Positions 14,004 through 29,440 of a stretch of 64,000 nucleotides of DNA are shown here, piece after piece. Numbering within the stretch: the stretch's first letter is position 1; every line of letters begins with the position of its first letter. The notes under the pieces were generated by a model. That model was not told where the DNA came from. It saw only the letters and a program-made list of their open reading frames with translations, and searched no databases. Source of the DNA: the human T2T-CHM13v2.0 reference genome, Homo sapiens; NCBI RefSeq assembly GCF_009914755.1, contig NC_060937.1; one strand, given 5' to 3'. A program made the position numbers and the translations under genes.

Positions 14004-14377
14004 TGATATGGTTTGGCTTTGTGTCCCCACTCGAATCTCATGTTGAATTGTAATTTCCAGTGTGGATGGAGGGACCTGTTAGGGGGTGATTAGATTGGGG
14101 GGTGGATTTCCCCCTTGCTGTTCTTGTGATGAAGTTCTCAGGAGATCTGGTTGTTTGAAAGTGTGCAGCACCTCTCCCTTCTCTCTCTCTCCTGCTGCAT
14201 CTTGTGAAGAATGCTCACTTCCCCTTCGCCTTCCGCCATGATAGTTAAGTTTCCCGAGGCTTCCTAGTCATGCTTCCTGTACAGTTTGTGGAACTGTGAG
14301 TCAATTAAATTTCTTTGTATCATAAATTATGCAGTCTCAGATAGTTCTTTATAGCAATTCAAGATCAGACTAATACA
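14004..14377 (+). mobile_element. MSTA-like solo LTR (ERVL-MaLR) with 5-bp TSD cctcc
   Basis: tgatatggtttggc...gactaataca termini. cctcc at 13999-14003 and 14378-14382. Confidence 0.93.
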
Positions 14378-14844
14378 CCTCCCCATTCTCCATCCTTTTA
14401 AACCTTATTCCAGTGTCAACATTCACTCTAACATTTTTTTAAGATTCCTACAATGAAGAAAGTAATGTCCTTAACTTTACATTAAAAAGAAAAACAAACT
14501 CGGAATATAGAGTTTCTCTGCTGTTTTCTATCCAGGCATGGAATAGAAATTAATGTGCATGAGTGTTTTCTCTGGATGTAAATGACAGGCTGGTGTTTCT
14601 ATTAGAAGATGCCATTTCAGACCAACTCTCTATCTGGGAATAACTCTCCAGGAACATGCTGCTACATTTGGTGAACCCATTTACAGTTGTGGAAAAGCCA
14701 CAGTGAAGTCTCTTTGTGGAATAGAAGTGACATGATTTATAATAAGATCAGATCTGCAATCTATGACCTTTGATATAAATTATTTAGGACCAATAATATC
14801 AGAAAAGATGTTTAGTTCTAACTTGTCAAAAGTATTTTTTTAAA

Positions 14845-15120
14845 AGACAGCTTTTTTGAGGCTTAATTGACACACAATAAACTGTTCATCTTTAAAGGGT
14901 ATAATTTGATAAGTTTTGATAAATGTATAGAAATGAGAAACCATCAACACAATGAAAAGAACAAACGAATTTCTCACTCTTAAAAGTTTTCTTATTTCAT
15001 TTTGTAACCTCCTCTCTCATTCCCTTGTCCCATCAAATACTCTAGATTAGTTTATATTTTCTAGAGCTTTATAAAGTGGAATAATATAGTATGTGGTCCT
15101 TTTAGTCTGGCTTCTTTCAG
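14845..15120 (-). mobile_element. old L1M 3' end fragment
   Basis: cagctttt ttgagg..aataaactg..tttgataaatgtata..tagagcttt ataaagtggaataatatagtatgt..gtctggcttctttca. Confidence 0.75.
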
Positions 15121-16303
15121 AGTCCAGTGGGATTCTCAAAAACAGCTACTGGAACTAATCAGTGAGTTTAGCAAGGTTGCAAGATATAAGGTCAATATGT
15201 AAAAATATATCAAATTTCTAGGTACTAGAAGCTAACATATAGAAACAAAAACTACTATTTATGAAAGTAGCAAATAATATAAACTATTTAGAAATACATC
15301 CAACAAAAATATGTAGAAAGTTCACTGCAAACTATAAAATATTGCTGAGAGAAATTAAAGAAGCTCTAAATAAATGTAGAGATATACCATGTTCATGGAT
15401 CAGAAGATTTAATAGTCTTAAGATGTCAGTTCTCCCCACATTTATCTGAAGATTCAACATGATACCAATTAAAATTCTAGCAGGCTTTTTTGGTATAAAT
15501 TGATGAGATGCTTATGAAAATTATACGGAACTGCCAAGGACCTAAAGTAGCCAAAACAATTTTGAGAAAGAGAAACAAGTTTGAAAGACTTACACTTTCT
15601 ATTTTATGATTTATTATAAAGTTACGGAGATCAAAACAATGTGATTTTGGTGTACAGAGAGAGACAGACAATTAAAGGAAGAGAGTAGAGAGCACATACA
15701 TAGAATCACACATATATGGATAATTGATTTTTGATAAAGATACAAAGGCAATGGAGTAGAGAAAGAATAGTCTTTTCAATAAATCATTCCAGAAAAATTG
15801 GGTATCCATTTACAAAAGGGAACTTTAATTCATACCTCACACCACAAGCAAAGGTGAACTCAAAATAGATTGCACTTATAAATGTAAAACCTAAAACTAT
15901 AAAACTTCAAGAAGTAAACACAAGATAAAATCTTTATGACCTTGGATTAGGTAAGATTTCTCAGGCATATTATAAAAAACACAATTATAAAAGAAAATAA
16001 TTGACAAATTAGGCTTCATAAAAATTAAGATCATCAGTTTTTCAAAAGATGTTTTTTGGAGAATGAAAAGTCAGGGCACAGACTAGGAGAAAACCATGTG
16101 TCTAATAAAGAACATGTATTTAGACTATCAAAGGGACTCTTAAAGAAGATATGCAGATGAGGAGCTGGTGGTTTCCTAAGTGGTTAGACATACACCTACC
16201 ATAAGGTTGCCATTCCACCTATGGGTATTTACTCAAAAACAAAACAACAACAACAAAAAAAACCTTGTATGTCCAAACAAAGACTTGTACATGGATGCTT
16301 AGC

Positions 16304-16620
<317 letters not shown>

Positions 16621-16649
16621 TAATAGCCCAAAGTGAAACAATTCAAGCA

Positions 16650-17044
16650 CCCCTCATGTTGAAATGTAATCTTCAATGTTGGAGGTGGGTCCTACTGGGA
16701 AGTGTTCGGGTCATGGTTGTGGATCACTTATGAGTGGCTTGATGCCCTTCCCATGGTAATGAGTGAGTTCTCACTCTATTAGTTCACAGGAGAGCTGGCT
16801 GTTAAAAGGAGTCTGTCACCTCCTCCCCCGTCTCTCATGCTCCTTCTTTTGCCATGTGACACACCTGTTCCCTCTTTGCCTTCTGCCATGATTGGAAGCT
16901 TCCTAAGACTTCCTCAAGAAGCCGGGAAGATGCTGGTGCCAAGCTTGTGCAGCCTGCAGTACTGTGAACCAATTACACCTGTTTTCTTTATAAATTACCC
17001 AGCCTCAGGTATTCCTTTATAGCAACACAAAGCAGACTAATACA
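16650..17044 (+). mobile_element. MSTB-like LTR, 5' end eroded
   Basis: ctcatgttgaaatgtaatc..ggtaatgagtgagttctcactctattagttc..ataaattacccagcctcaggtattcctttatagcaac..gactaataca. Confidence 0.88.
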
Positions 17045-17927
17045 TGTACAATAGAATACTACTTAGGAATGTAAAGGAATAAATATTGATACTTACAACA
17101 ACATGGATGAATTTCAGAATAATCATGCTGAGCAAAAGTCAGGCAAAAGGTTGCATCCTTTATTCTTTCATTTATATAAAATTCTAGAAAATGTAAACTA
17201 ATCTACAGTGACAAAGTAGGGCAGGGGCCTATGGGAGGGAGAGAGGGAAGGATGATGAAGGAGCATGAGGAAGCTTGGGCTGATGGACGTGTTCGCTATC
17301 TTGATTGTGGTGATGGTTTCGTAGGCATATGTTTATGTCAAACCTCAAATCACACAATTTAAGTAAATGCCATTTATTGTATGCCAATTATATTTCAATA
17401 AAAATATATTCTTCCATTTCCCCCAAAAAACGCTAGAGAAATGCCTCAGGCAGAACCTTAGTGAGACAATGTATTTAATGCATCTAGAGCAGGGCCTGAT
17501 GTATCAGGTGCACTCAATAAAGGGTACTTTTCTTTCACTTTCCTTCCCCACCCCATCAAAATATTTAGATTACTGTACATCCAGTACAGAAACTTGTAGT
17601 TTCTCCTGTACAGATTATGGTGGAGCAGAAAGGCACTCATGTTTTGATCCTCAAAGGTCATTCAATACTATTTGTTTGAGGCTGAAACTTTTCAATGCTT
17701 TCACAGTATTTGGAACAAGACATGATTACCAGAAGCACATGTAGTTCAGTGTTGAAATTTCATTTTTTTGAAATGCATCTGGGTTTTAAAAATGTAGTTG
17801 CATGATTGAGCTTTTGCATGGAGGCCATCTTCATCCAGGAAGCATTTATTGAGGGCCCTCCGAGGTGTTTCTGACGCGTAGCAAAGGCTGTTAAATGAGT
17901 TACAGAAACGACCCAGCACGGCCGACA

Positions 17928-17977
17928 CCTCCTTGTTCGGCTGTTGGCAGTTCTGTTCTTTGCCGCCTCCTTCCTGG
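17928..17977 (+). repeat. dispersed duplication A, copy 1 (~50 bp; copy 2 at 20477-20524)
   Basis: cctccttgttc(g/c)gctgttggcag(tt)ctgt(t/c)ctttgccgcctccttcctgg at both sites. Confidence 0.9.
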
Positions 17978-20476
17978 TGGGCTCTGGGTGAGCCACTGCC
18001 ATATACACTCTTTTATGTTGGTGTCTTTCCCTTTATCGCTGTCACTGTGTGCCTGTCTCAGCAGTGTCGTGCCTAAGTGTGTTGCGACATCTACACTTCC
18101 ACCCATTTCTGTGGAGGCTTCCTTCATTTTTGGTGCCAAGAGGTACCACGTGCCTGAAGCTGAGTTGCACCAAGGGAGGCTCTGGAATGTCAGGCACCAG
18201 TCTTTGAACCTACATGCAAGAAACGGTGAAATAATTTGATTTCCTCTCAAGAGGGGAATACAGGATGCAAAATGGAGACCTTTGTGTATGGAAGCCTTTG
18301 ATGAGACTTGTGCCTGGAGGCCTTCTTTCAATGGTGACCGCAATGTGGGCAAAGCCTCCCTTGCAGAACCTCCAGCGAGTGTGGAAGAAGCCACCCAGGA
18401 AGCTTTTGCCATATGGTGAGGGGGACCCACAGGAGGGAGCCATGCTCCCTGAGAGCAGGCTTCATCCCGGACGCTGGCCTGGGGTGTCTGGCACGTGCTG
18501 CCATTCCCCCATTTCCACGAGCCTGGCGCTGGGATGCAGCAAATGACTGCATGCAACTTACAAATGCATCGTGGATTCCACCAAATGATAAACGAGAGGA
18601 TATTGTCCCCTGAGCTCACAAATGAAAAGTCAACAATTTAAGCAACAGTTGATGTCCCGCTTGTCTACCCCCAGTGACCCTGGTTTCATGGGGCAGAAAG
18701 GGCTCTTGCCTCTGTCTCTGTGTAACTGCTGACTGTACCTTGAAGTGCACCCTTTATCAGAGATAGATGCTATCAGTCAAAGTCGGTATCAGGACAATTC
18801 TCCACTGATACATGGAGTTAAATCTACAGTTGTGTGAGTTCCCAGGAAGCTCTTAACTCCAGGGAAAGTGGAGAGATGGAGAGCTTATTCCATAACATTT
18901 TTGTTAGACTTCCTCTCATTCTTTTCTTTGCAGCATCTACACCACTTGCAGAGACCCTGAATTAGTGTTTTTGGGATTATGTATGTGTACTGAAGACAGC
19001 AATTTAACTCTGAGTGTACCCTCCTAATATTCATGGAAACTGATTCTAATTACACTCTTGTCTCTTGGGTTAACGACTTCTAAATAGTGCCTTCACTCAC
19101 CGCCCTTTCCCGATTGTCTGGCATTGTAAAGCCTCCATGCAGCGTGTGCGGGGAGGTAGGGTGCTATGCTGTTCTTTCTCAGGGAACTCCCTGGCTGCTG
19201 TAGTGACCGCCATTCCTTATCTAAATACTCACAGTGGGAGCTTTTGAATTTTCCTCCGTTGCATGTTTTTGGCACTTCTCAAGACAAGGTCCATGGGGCA
19301 TTGGTGACCTTCAGGGGTCCTTTGGTGCTCATGGCTCAGAATGCAGGGGAGCAGCACCAGGGCTGGCTATCTCCTGATGGAGGCGGGGCGCTGGGGGTCG
19401 GAGGCATGGGCCCACAGCACGGGCAGCCCTAGCTCCGCTGCTCCCCAAGCTCTGCTGCTCCCCAGCTGTGTGGCCTGGGGTGCAGTAACCGGGTCTTTCT
19501 CTTTTCTCTATTTCTGAGTCTTTGACTTTGCTGAGCCTGGAAGGACGGCCCATTGCAGGGTCGGCCAATTCCTTGATAGTGATCACCTCACCTATGCACG
19601 TGCCTATCGCATGCAAACCCACAGTCTGGAGCCCACGCCCCACCATCTCCTCCTCTGGGCACTCACATGGCTCACACTGCAGTGGCCACTGTCCCCCTGC
19701 CACGGTCACTCCAGGACAGGTACCAGACACTTAGGGGCAGCCCCAATTCCCCAGAGCCCACTGAAATCACTCAGTAACTAGGACTGAAAGCAGCCAGTCC
19801 TGAGCTTGTCCCACCCCACCCAACCTTCCCACAAGGAAGGCTCCTGCCCCACGTTCCAGGCCTGGCCCCAGTGCCTGCCTTTGCCCAGGCTGCTCTGAGG
19901 GGCCGGTGGTGCTGGTCACCTGGGACACTTTCAGGACTACAGGTTGCCGGCATCTCTTTCTAAGCGTTCCTGTTTAGTGTAGGGCCTGGGGTCTGTGTAA
20001 GACACAGTCAGCGGGGATTTTCTGGCTCCTGCATTTGACTCTGGTACCTGGGATCCAGGATCCTAATGGCCTTTAAACGTGGAGGGTCTTTTTTGGTGCC
20101 TGTCTTCTTAGCACCCAGCATTGAGAACCTATGAAATCTCAGAACCTCAGGGTTGGGGGCGGTTAGGCACCCTTTAGTCTCCCTCGCTAGTTCTTGACTC
20201 CCCATTGGCACAGGCAGAGCTGCCTCTAGGCGACTTGCAGTACCTGGTGCGTAGGGAAACCCGGCTGTACCAGGTGCACAGAGAACGGGAAGCCGGCTCC
20301 ACGGAGGCCGTGTGTCTGCCTTGCTGGGGTCTGCACAGCGAAGACCCTCCCTGCGTTGACTGGGCCACAGGGGGATGTCTGGATGGAAAGTCTGCACAGG
20401 ATGTGGGCGCTCCTCCCAGGAGGGGCAAGGCACCTGTTGGCCCCATCAGTTCATGGGTGACACTGCGCTGGGCCAG

Positions 20477-20524
20477 CCTCCTTGTTCCGCTGTTGGCAGC
20501 TGTCCTTTGCCGCCTCCTTCCTGG
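20477..20524 (+). repeat. dispersed duplication A, copy 2
   Basis: See 17928-17977. Confidence 0.9.
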
Positions 20525-21024
20525 GAGTGTGGGTGTGTTTTGCTTCTGTGGATAAAGCTGTAATGAACAGACTCGATTTAGGCTGTGGCCCCTTTCTCAG
20601 TTTCCCCTGTGAAGACCCAGAATGGCCAGTGAATCCCATGAGGGTCCCGAATGGGAGGAGTGGGATTTCGGGGATCCAGTAGGAACTAGGAAGGACACAG
20701 GTGGAAATGCCAGGGCCGCAGCCAGCCTGAGGCTGCAGATGCAGGGAACTTTTGGAGGCATGACCACCTGGGATTCATGTTATTTACCTGATACTGAAAG
20801 TTATCAACCAACTGTAAAAGTTATTTATATTTTATAGTCCAGATTTACACATCCTGTGCACATATGTGGTGCAAAAAAACAAGATTTTCAAATTTCACGG
20901 GTAAGAAAGCTTAGGTTCATATAAGAAGTGATTGACAAAAACGTTATAGGGAACAAGAGAAAGGGAAGAGCATGTTTTCTGTTTTGAACTTGTGTTCCTT
21001 GTGAAATAACTCATGAAAGCTTTA

Positions 21025-21675
21025 GAGGGAAAGGAGGAGTGGAGGAGGGGTGTGTGTGAGAGAGAGAGGGGAGGAGGAGGGAGAAAGAGAAAGAGAAGGG
21101 GAGAGAGAGAAGGAGAGGGGGAGGGGGAAGAGGGAGAGAGAGAGCGGGAGAGGGGAAGAGAGAAGGGGAGAGAGAGAGAGGAAAAGAGCGGCAGGGAGTG
21201 GGGGAGAGGGGAAGAGAAGAAGGGAGAGGAGAAGGAGACGAAGAGAGAGAAGGGAGGGGGAAGGAGAAGAGAGGAAGAGCAGGAGAGAGCGGGGAGAGGG
21301 GAAGAGAGAAGGAGGGAGAGAGAAGGAAAGGGGGAAGGAGAGAGACAGGAAGAAGGAGAGGAGGAGAGGGAGAAGGAGAGGAAAAGAGGGAGAGAGAGAA
21401 GAGGGGAAGAGGGAAAGAAGAGGGGAAGAAGGAGAGGAGTGGAGAGGAGGAGACAGAGAAAGAAGGAAAAGGGGAGGGAGAGAGACAGGGAGAGGGGGGA
21501 GGAAGAGGGAAAGAGGAGGAGGGAGAGAGGGGGAGAAGGGGAAAGAGGGAGAAGGAGAGGAAGAGCAGGAGAGAGGAGGAGAGAGGGAGAAGAGAGAGTG
21601 GGGAAGAAGGAAGAAAGCGGGAAGACAGAGTGAAGAGAGAAGGGGAAAGGGGCAAGGAGGAGGGATATGAGAGAC
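21025..21675. repeat. ~650-bp polypurine (GA-rich) low-complexity tract
   Basis: Almost exclusively G/A on the plus strand. Source of the E/R/G- and S/P/L-rich ORFs. Confidence 0.97.
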
Positions 21676-22479
21676 ATGATAAAGCTGACTTATGAGATGG
21701 GGTTCCGTATTAGGGAGGAGACCTGGTTGCTGGCCACACTGGACTGGTGTTGCTGTAAGGCCTTGTCTCGGGGCCTGGTTGCCTCCTGAGGTCCGTGCTG
21801 CTCAGGGTGGAGTGGGTCCCGGCGAGGGATCTGGGGGCTCCTGCCTGCAGCAGATTTGCTTTTCTTCGCTGCAAGTGAAGGTGGTTTGCAGTTGTGCCTT
21901 TCCCTCTGCTTGGCAGATAATGCAGGATTGTGAACCGCAGCTCAGGGCCAGGCAGGGTGAGGCCCCTCTGGTCAGCATGCCCCAGCTCAGGCTCAAGCTT
22001 CGGCCTCTCCTGTGAGGACCGGTGCAGGGATGGTTTCAGCCACAAGGCAAGGCACTGCTCAGGATATTTTTCCTAAAGAAACTGCTGGAAGCAGTTGCTG
22101 GCCTTGGGACAGGTGCTGGCTCAATGGATTAGGAACTTGTGAGGTCGTCGCCATCTAGTGAGGAGATGCTGGAACGTCCCTGTGGGCTGCTGTGGCCGAC
22201 TCACCGAGCCACGAAGCCGGTGCTGCGTTTGTCTCACGCCCTTCACCACGGCAGAGATGAAGAGCTAGGATGAGTTATTGTCATCCTTCTAAGAATGTGT
22301 GCTTTCAGGCTCACCAGGCAGGTCTCTCCAGGTAGCTCCTCGCTTTTTTAAAAAGGAACACACAAACACCTTTGAGGAAGGCAATGCCAAGAAGGCACTG
22401 GCAATTGATGGGGCACGTGGTCGTGGAATCAGTTCTGAAGAACACAGTGCTGAGTGGCATTGTGGAGCCTGGCACGGGC

Positions 22480-23092
22480 CTGGCGAGCACTGCCTAGGTG
22501 GGTGAGCACTGTGCCTGGGGAGGCAAGCACTGTGCCTGGGCAAGTACTGTGCCTGGGTGAGCACTGTGCCTGGGCAGGCAAGCACTGTGCCTGGGCGGGT
22601 GAACACTGTACCTACATGGGTGAGCACTGTGCCTAGGTGAGTACTGTGCCTGGGTGAGCGCTGTGCCTGGGTGAGTGCTGTGCCTTGGTGAGCGCTGTGC
22701 CTGGGTGAGTACTGTGCCTGGGCGGGCAAGCACTATGTCTGGGTGAGTACTGTGCCTGGGTGAGTGCTGTGCCTGAGTGAGCACTGTGCCTGGGTGTGTA
22801 TTGTGCCTGGGTGAGCTCTGTGCCTGGGTGAGCACTGTGCCTGGGCGGGCAAGCACTATGTCTGGGTGAGTACTGTGCCTGAGTGAGCACTGTGCCTGGG
22901 TGTGTGTTGTGCCTGAGTGAGCGCTGTGCCTGGGTGAGCACTGTGCCTGGGCGGGCAAGCACTATGTCTGGGTGAGTACTGTGCCTGGGCAAGCACTGTG
23001 CCTGGGCGAGGACTATGTGTGGGCGAGCACTGTGTCTGTGGGGTTGAGCACTGTGCCTGGGTAAGCCTGGGTGGGTGAGCGCTGTTCCTGGG
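22480..23092. repeat. 17-bp minisatellite (gggtgagcactgtgcct) with 21-bp variant units, ~33 units
   Basis: Directly visible. Confidence 0.97.
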
Positions 23093-24604
23093 TGCTCAGA
23101 ACCTGGACTTGGTCCTCCTGCACACTCGCCTGGGACTGGTAAACTGTGGACCTTGAGCAATAGTGGAGGAGAGGAAGCGTCAAGCATGCATCACATCATT
23201 GTCAGAGAAGGTAGTGACACCCAGAGGAGAAAAGCCAGGGGAAAATGTCACATCAAAGAAAGACACAGGCTGTTTCCTCTGGGCCAAGCGTGGGCTCTTT
23301 AGAGGAAACCCTGCCCTGGAAAGGGCTTCCTCTCAGATAAAGGAGCTCCCCAAGGCTGCAGGTGTGTCCTGAGTGGTGAAGCAGGTGCATTCCCAAGGAG
23401 CTGCAGAACAGAGGTTCTGCGCCGGTGCCCCAGTGAGTCAGGGCACAGAGGCTGGGGACTCGCTCCCCACCAGGCCCTGCACAACAGCCGGTAGGGGAGG
23501 GTGGGGGGAGGAGGGGGAGGGCAGGCCGGCCCCACCTCTTCCGGTCAGTGCTGGAGGACTGCCGCCCAGTAAGAAGGGGTTAGCACAAGGGGACTGTGAC
23601 CCTACACCTGGTGAAGGTGGTCAATTGTATATGTGGCTTTCACCAGCGTTTTTAAAAGGCCCACATTGGACTGGGATGGAATGGGGAGGCCCGCTTGCCT
23701 TGCACACTAAAATTGCCTCTGATATCAATTGCAGTTCACAAACCTGGGCTCAGTTTTCCCACCTAGAAAGTGGGTATCAAAGTTCTGTCCCAAGCACCTC
23801 GGAGCCAGTGGCATGGGCTGGACACTGATGGGAGGGGCGCACTCTCTGTTTGGAGCAGGATACAGACTCCAGGTGTGGACGGAGGACAGGCTGCTTTCTG
23901 CCTCTTGTCTGAGGGGTTCGCTCCGGGGTTTGTTCCTTGCCTTTCCACACCCCCGTCTTCTCTGCCAGCCTAGAGATGTCAGTCAGGTCAGCACAATGCG
24001 GCATCTTCGAGAATTTGGAGTCTGTGAAATCTAGTTTAGAAAAGTTCTGGTTGAGCCTGTGTTGTGTCTACACTTTGAATCAAACTCCAGGTAGAAGGAC
24101 AGCAGCACAACTCAAACTGAGAGAAGCCGCAGCGTTCTGGGAGAAACGCAGCCATCGTCGGAACAAATGGCTTCACCAGAGCATTGCAGGGCATCTTTGA
24201 GCATTGCTGTGTGCTCCTGGGAGCTACTGAGGCTGAGGCCAAATAAATAGCTATTTATTTATAAGGGGCTTCCTCACCTGGCGGGAGGACCCCTTCCAGG
24301 ATGGGGTCCCTTCAAAAGAGTGCCTGCTTGGCCAGAGGAAGCAGCCTGCATCTTTCTTTCATGTGACATTTTCTCCTGACTTTCCTAGACTGATGCCACC
24401 TTTGGGAACTGTCTGGATTCAGTCCTTTATGAGCCCATTACAGCCTTGAAGCCCTGAAAGAGCTAAGGCCACTTATGCTACATGGCCCAGGCTCTGCAAT
24501 ACAGTCTATTTACTTGCTGTCATTTTGAAGAATGTGGAATAAAATGATTAAATTCTGCTTTCTTCTGTGTTTTCCGAATGTGCAAGCTAAGCTAATTATT
24601 ATAG

Positions 24605-24919
<315 letters not shown>

Positions 24920-26199
24920 CTAATTGTTACAGAGTCTCGAATTTTTCCTTCTTCATTGCTTCCCAGTGTATCAGTAAGGTGATGCTTTTAGCCTTTTGTT
25001 TACCAAAACTGAATTGACGTGGATAGAAATTTAAATGAGTGAGGCTGAACCCTTGTAGTTAAGGATGGCTGGATGGACACGGCTGTATGTCATTTTCTTC
25101 CACACTGGCTGCACTTTGCACCCATGTCCTCCCAGTGGAAGAGCCTTGAGAAGTTTTTGCATGTGGAGTCTCTTTCGTAGCCGGCAGCTCTCTGCCCTCC
25201 TCCAGCTCGCCAACTTTTTGGCGTGTCTTATGCAGGGGGCTGCTCTTTGTCAGACCCCTCAAGCCTTTTGGAATATTCCCCTCCCAGAGTTTCATTTCTG
25301 TCTGCCTCTCTTTGAATTTCTCCCTCTATTTCTATTCTGCACCCAGGTGAATTTCACCCCAAACATTTATTTGCTTTCCTAACTTAAAGCCTTACACTTT
25401 ATTTAGAATTATAAATTTATTTAGTTATATGCTTATATGTATATTTATTCAAATTTGTAACTTACTCTGTAAAATGATCTAGGGACAGAGCAGGACTGAT
25501 CAGGTTATTCACTTTATTTCAAAACTGTCCCATGTCTAAGGACGTACATGGGCCCCTCCGGAACTGCATGCCGCCTTGCCAAAGACCCAGCTGAGTCTCT
25601 CCTCCAGCCCAGCGCAGCACCGACTTTCTAGACAGAGGCTGGATACGTGGTCTTAGGAATATTCTGCGTCCCACCATCATGCTCAATAAAACTGTTTTGC
25701 TTGTGTCATATTTGACACTAAATGTCATGGACATTTTAAGAGTTATAATTCCTACTTTTTAATCTCACATTTTTTAGTTTATTACAACTTAAAACCTTGT
25801 AGAGACTTTACCAGTAAAATTATCACAAAAGATTAGATTTTAGATAAAAGTTTTTAGGAAGGAAGGAACTTGAAAGTAATTCTGGCAGATTTACTGTTGT
25901 CTGAAATGTGGCCGCATTTTTCTCTGATTGGTAAAATAGAATAATTTAGCTGCTGGTGTGCAGGCAAAATATTCACCTGTCCAGTCGACTTGTAAAAACT
26001 GTGGTTTTAATGATTTTTACTGAATTTATTCGTTATCTTATCTCTGCTACCTCTAGATTTTCCTAGCATTCAAGACCCGGTAATGGTGAATGGTGTATGT
26101 GGTGTGTGTGTGTATTTTAACCAGGCTTTAATGTATGAATATATACGCTCAAATGAGAGAAGTTTTATCTAGATTATCTTGTCCCTGTAAAAGCATGTT

Positions 26200-28532
<2,333 letters not shown>

Positions 28533-29374
28533 GTTAAACATCACACTTTTAAAACACAGAATAGTTGCAAGTAATGAAACATGAGAACTAAAAGTCTTTC
28601 CCCAACCTGATTCCTCATATGTACTCCTTCCCCAGGGCTAACTAATCCTTCTGACTTGTTCAAAATCCTTCCAACATGTCTGAATGAAGATTTGAGTGTA
28701 GATGCAGATCTAGATGTGGATACTGATGGGCAACACACATGCATGCACATAAACACACGTGTGCTTCTCTTTTCTCACATGGGGAGTGTCATGCTGTATG
28801 TCCTTTCTAGCTCAGACTGGACCCGATGTGGTCAGGAACAGTATCAGTGCCCTCTCAAGAGGAAAGGGACTTGCTTGAAGTATGATCCTTTCCTCCTTCC
28901 TCCTTTCATGCAGTAAACACTTACTGAGTGATAATACTGTCTTTCTCCTCCAGGGATGTGGCTGGAATGTGTGTTGTAAGTGGGGTGAGCGGGCGCCTGC
29001 CCTGGGATGCTGAACAGGAGCTAGAATGTGAGATGTCCCAACAGGAGAACCACTGCAGAGCCGTTCAGGGGACATTGCTGGGGGAGGGAGGGTCCAGCCA
29101 GTGCCTGACAGGAGCTCCATGGTTTGCTCTGTGAGTGCTGGTTAAGGGCGGGCATGAGGCTGGCTGTGGGACGGGGACATCCTATGCTAAGGACAGTGGC
29201 CCCCATGAGGGCTGGGGCAGGTCAGACCTTTCCCAGCAGGTGTCCTAGGTGGCTGCAGGAAAGAGAGAGGGCAGTGGCCTGGTGTGAGGCTGGAGAGACA
29301 CAAAGACCAGGCTGTGGACCAAGTGATGGGGTCTAGACTTGATCCTATGACCGAAGGGACACAATTGATGAGCA

Positions 29375-29375
<1 letters not shown>

Positions 29376-29412
<37 letters not shown>

Positions 29413-29440
29413 GAGAGAGAGCGCGCGAGCGCGAGAGAGA
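29376..29440. repeat. compound (TG)n-(GA)n-(GC)n microsatellite
   Basis: Directly visible. Confidence 0.95.

Noticed and set aside
14845-15200. Adjacent opposite-strand L1 pieces suggesting twin-priming inversion
   Set aside because: Both pieces appear to carry their own L1 3' ends, so independent insertions are more likely.
17900-18619. 239-aa minus-strand ORF
   Set aside because: No recognisable family or exon structure. Long chance ORFs are common in GC-rich DNA.
20895-21695. 165-260 aa ORFs on both strands
   Set aside because: The polypurine tract lacks stop codons. Low complexity, with no domain.
22289-23187. Repetitive ORFs, or a CRISPR-like array
   Set aside because: Head-to-tail 17-bp units without unique spacers, in primate DNA with no cas genes.
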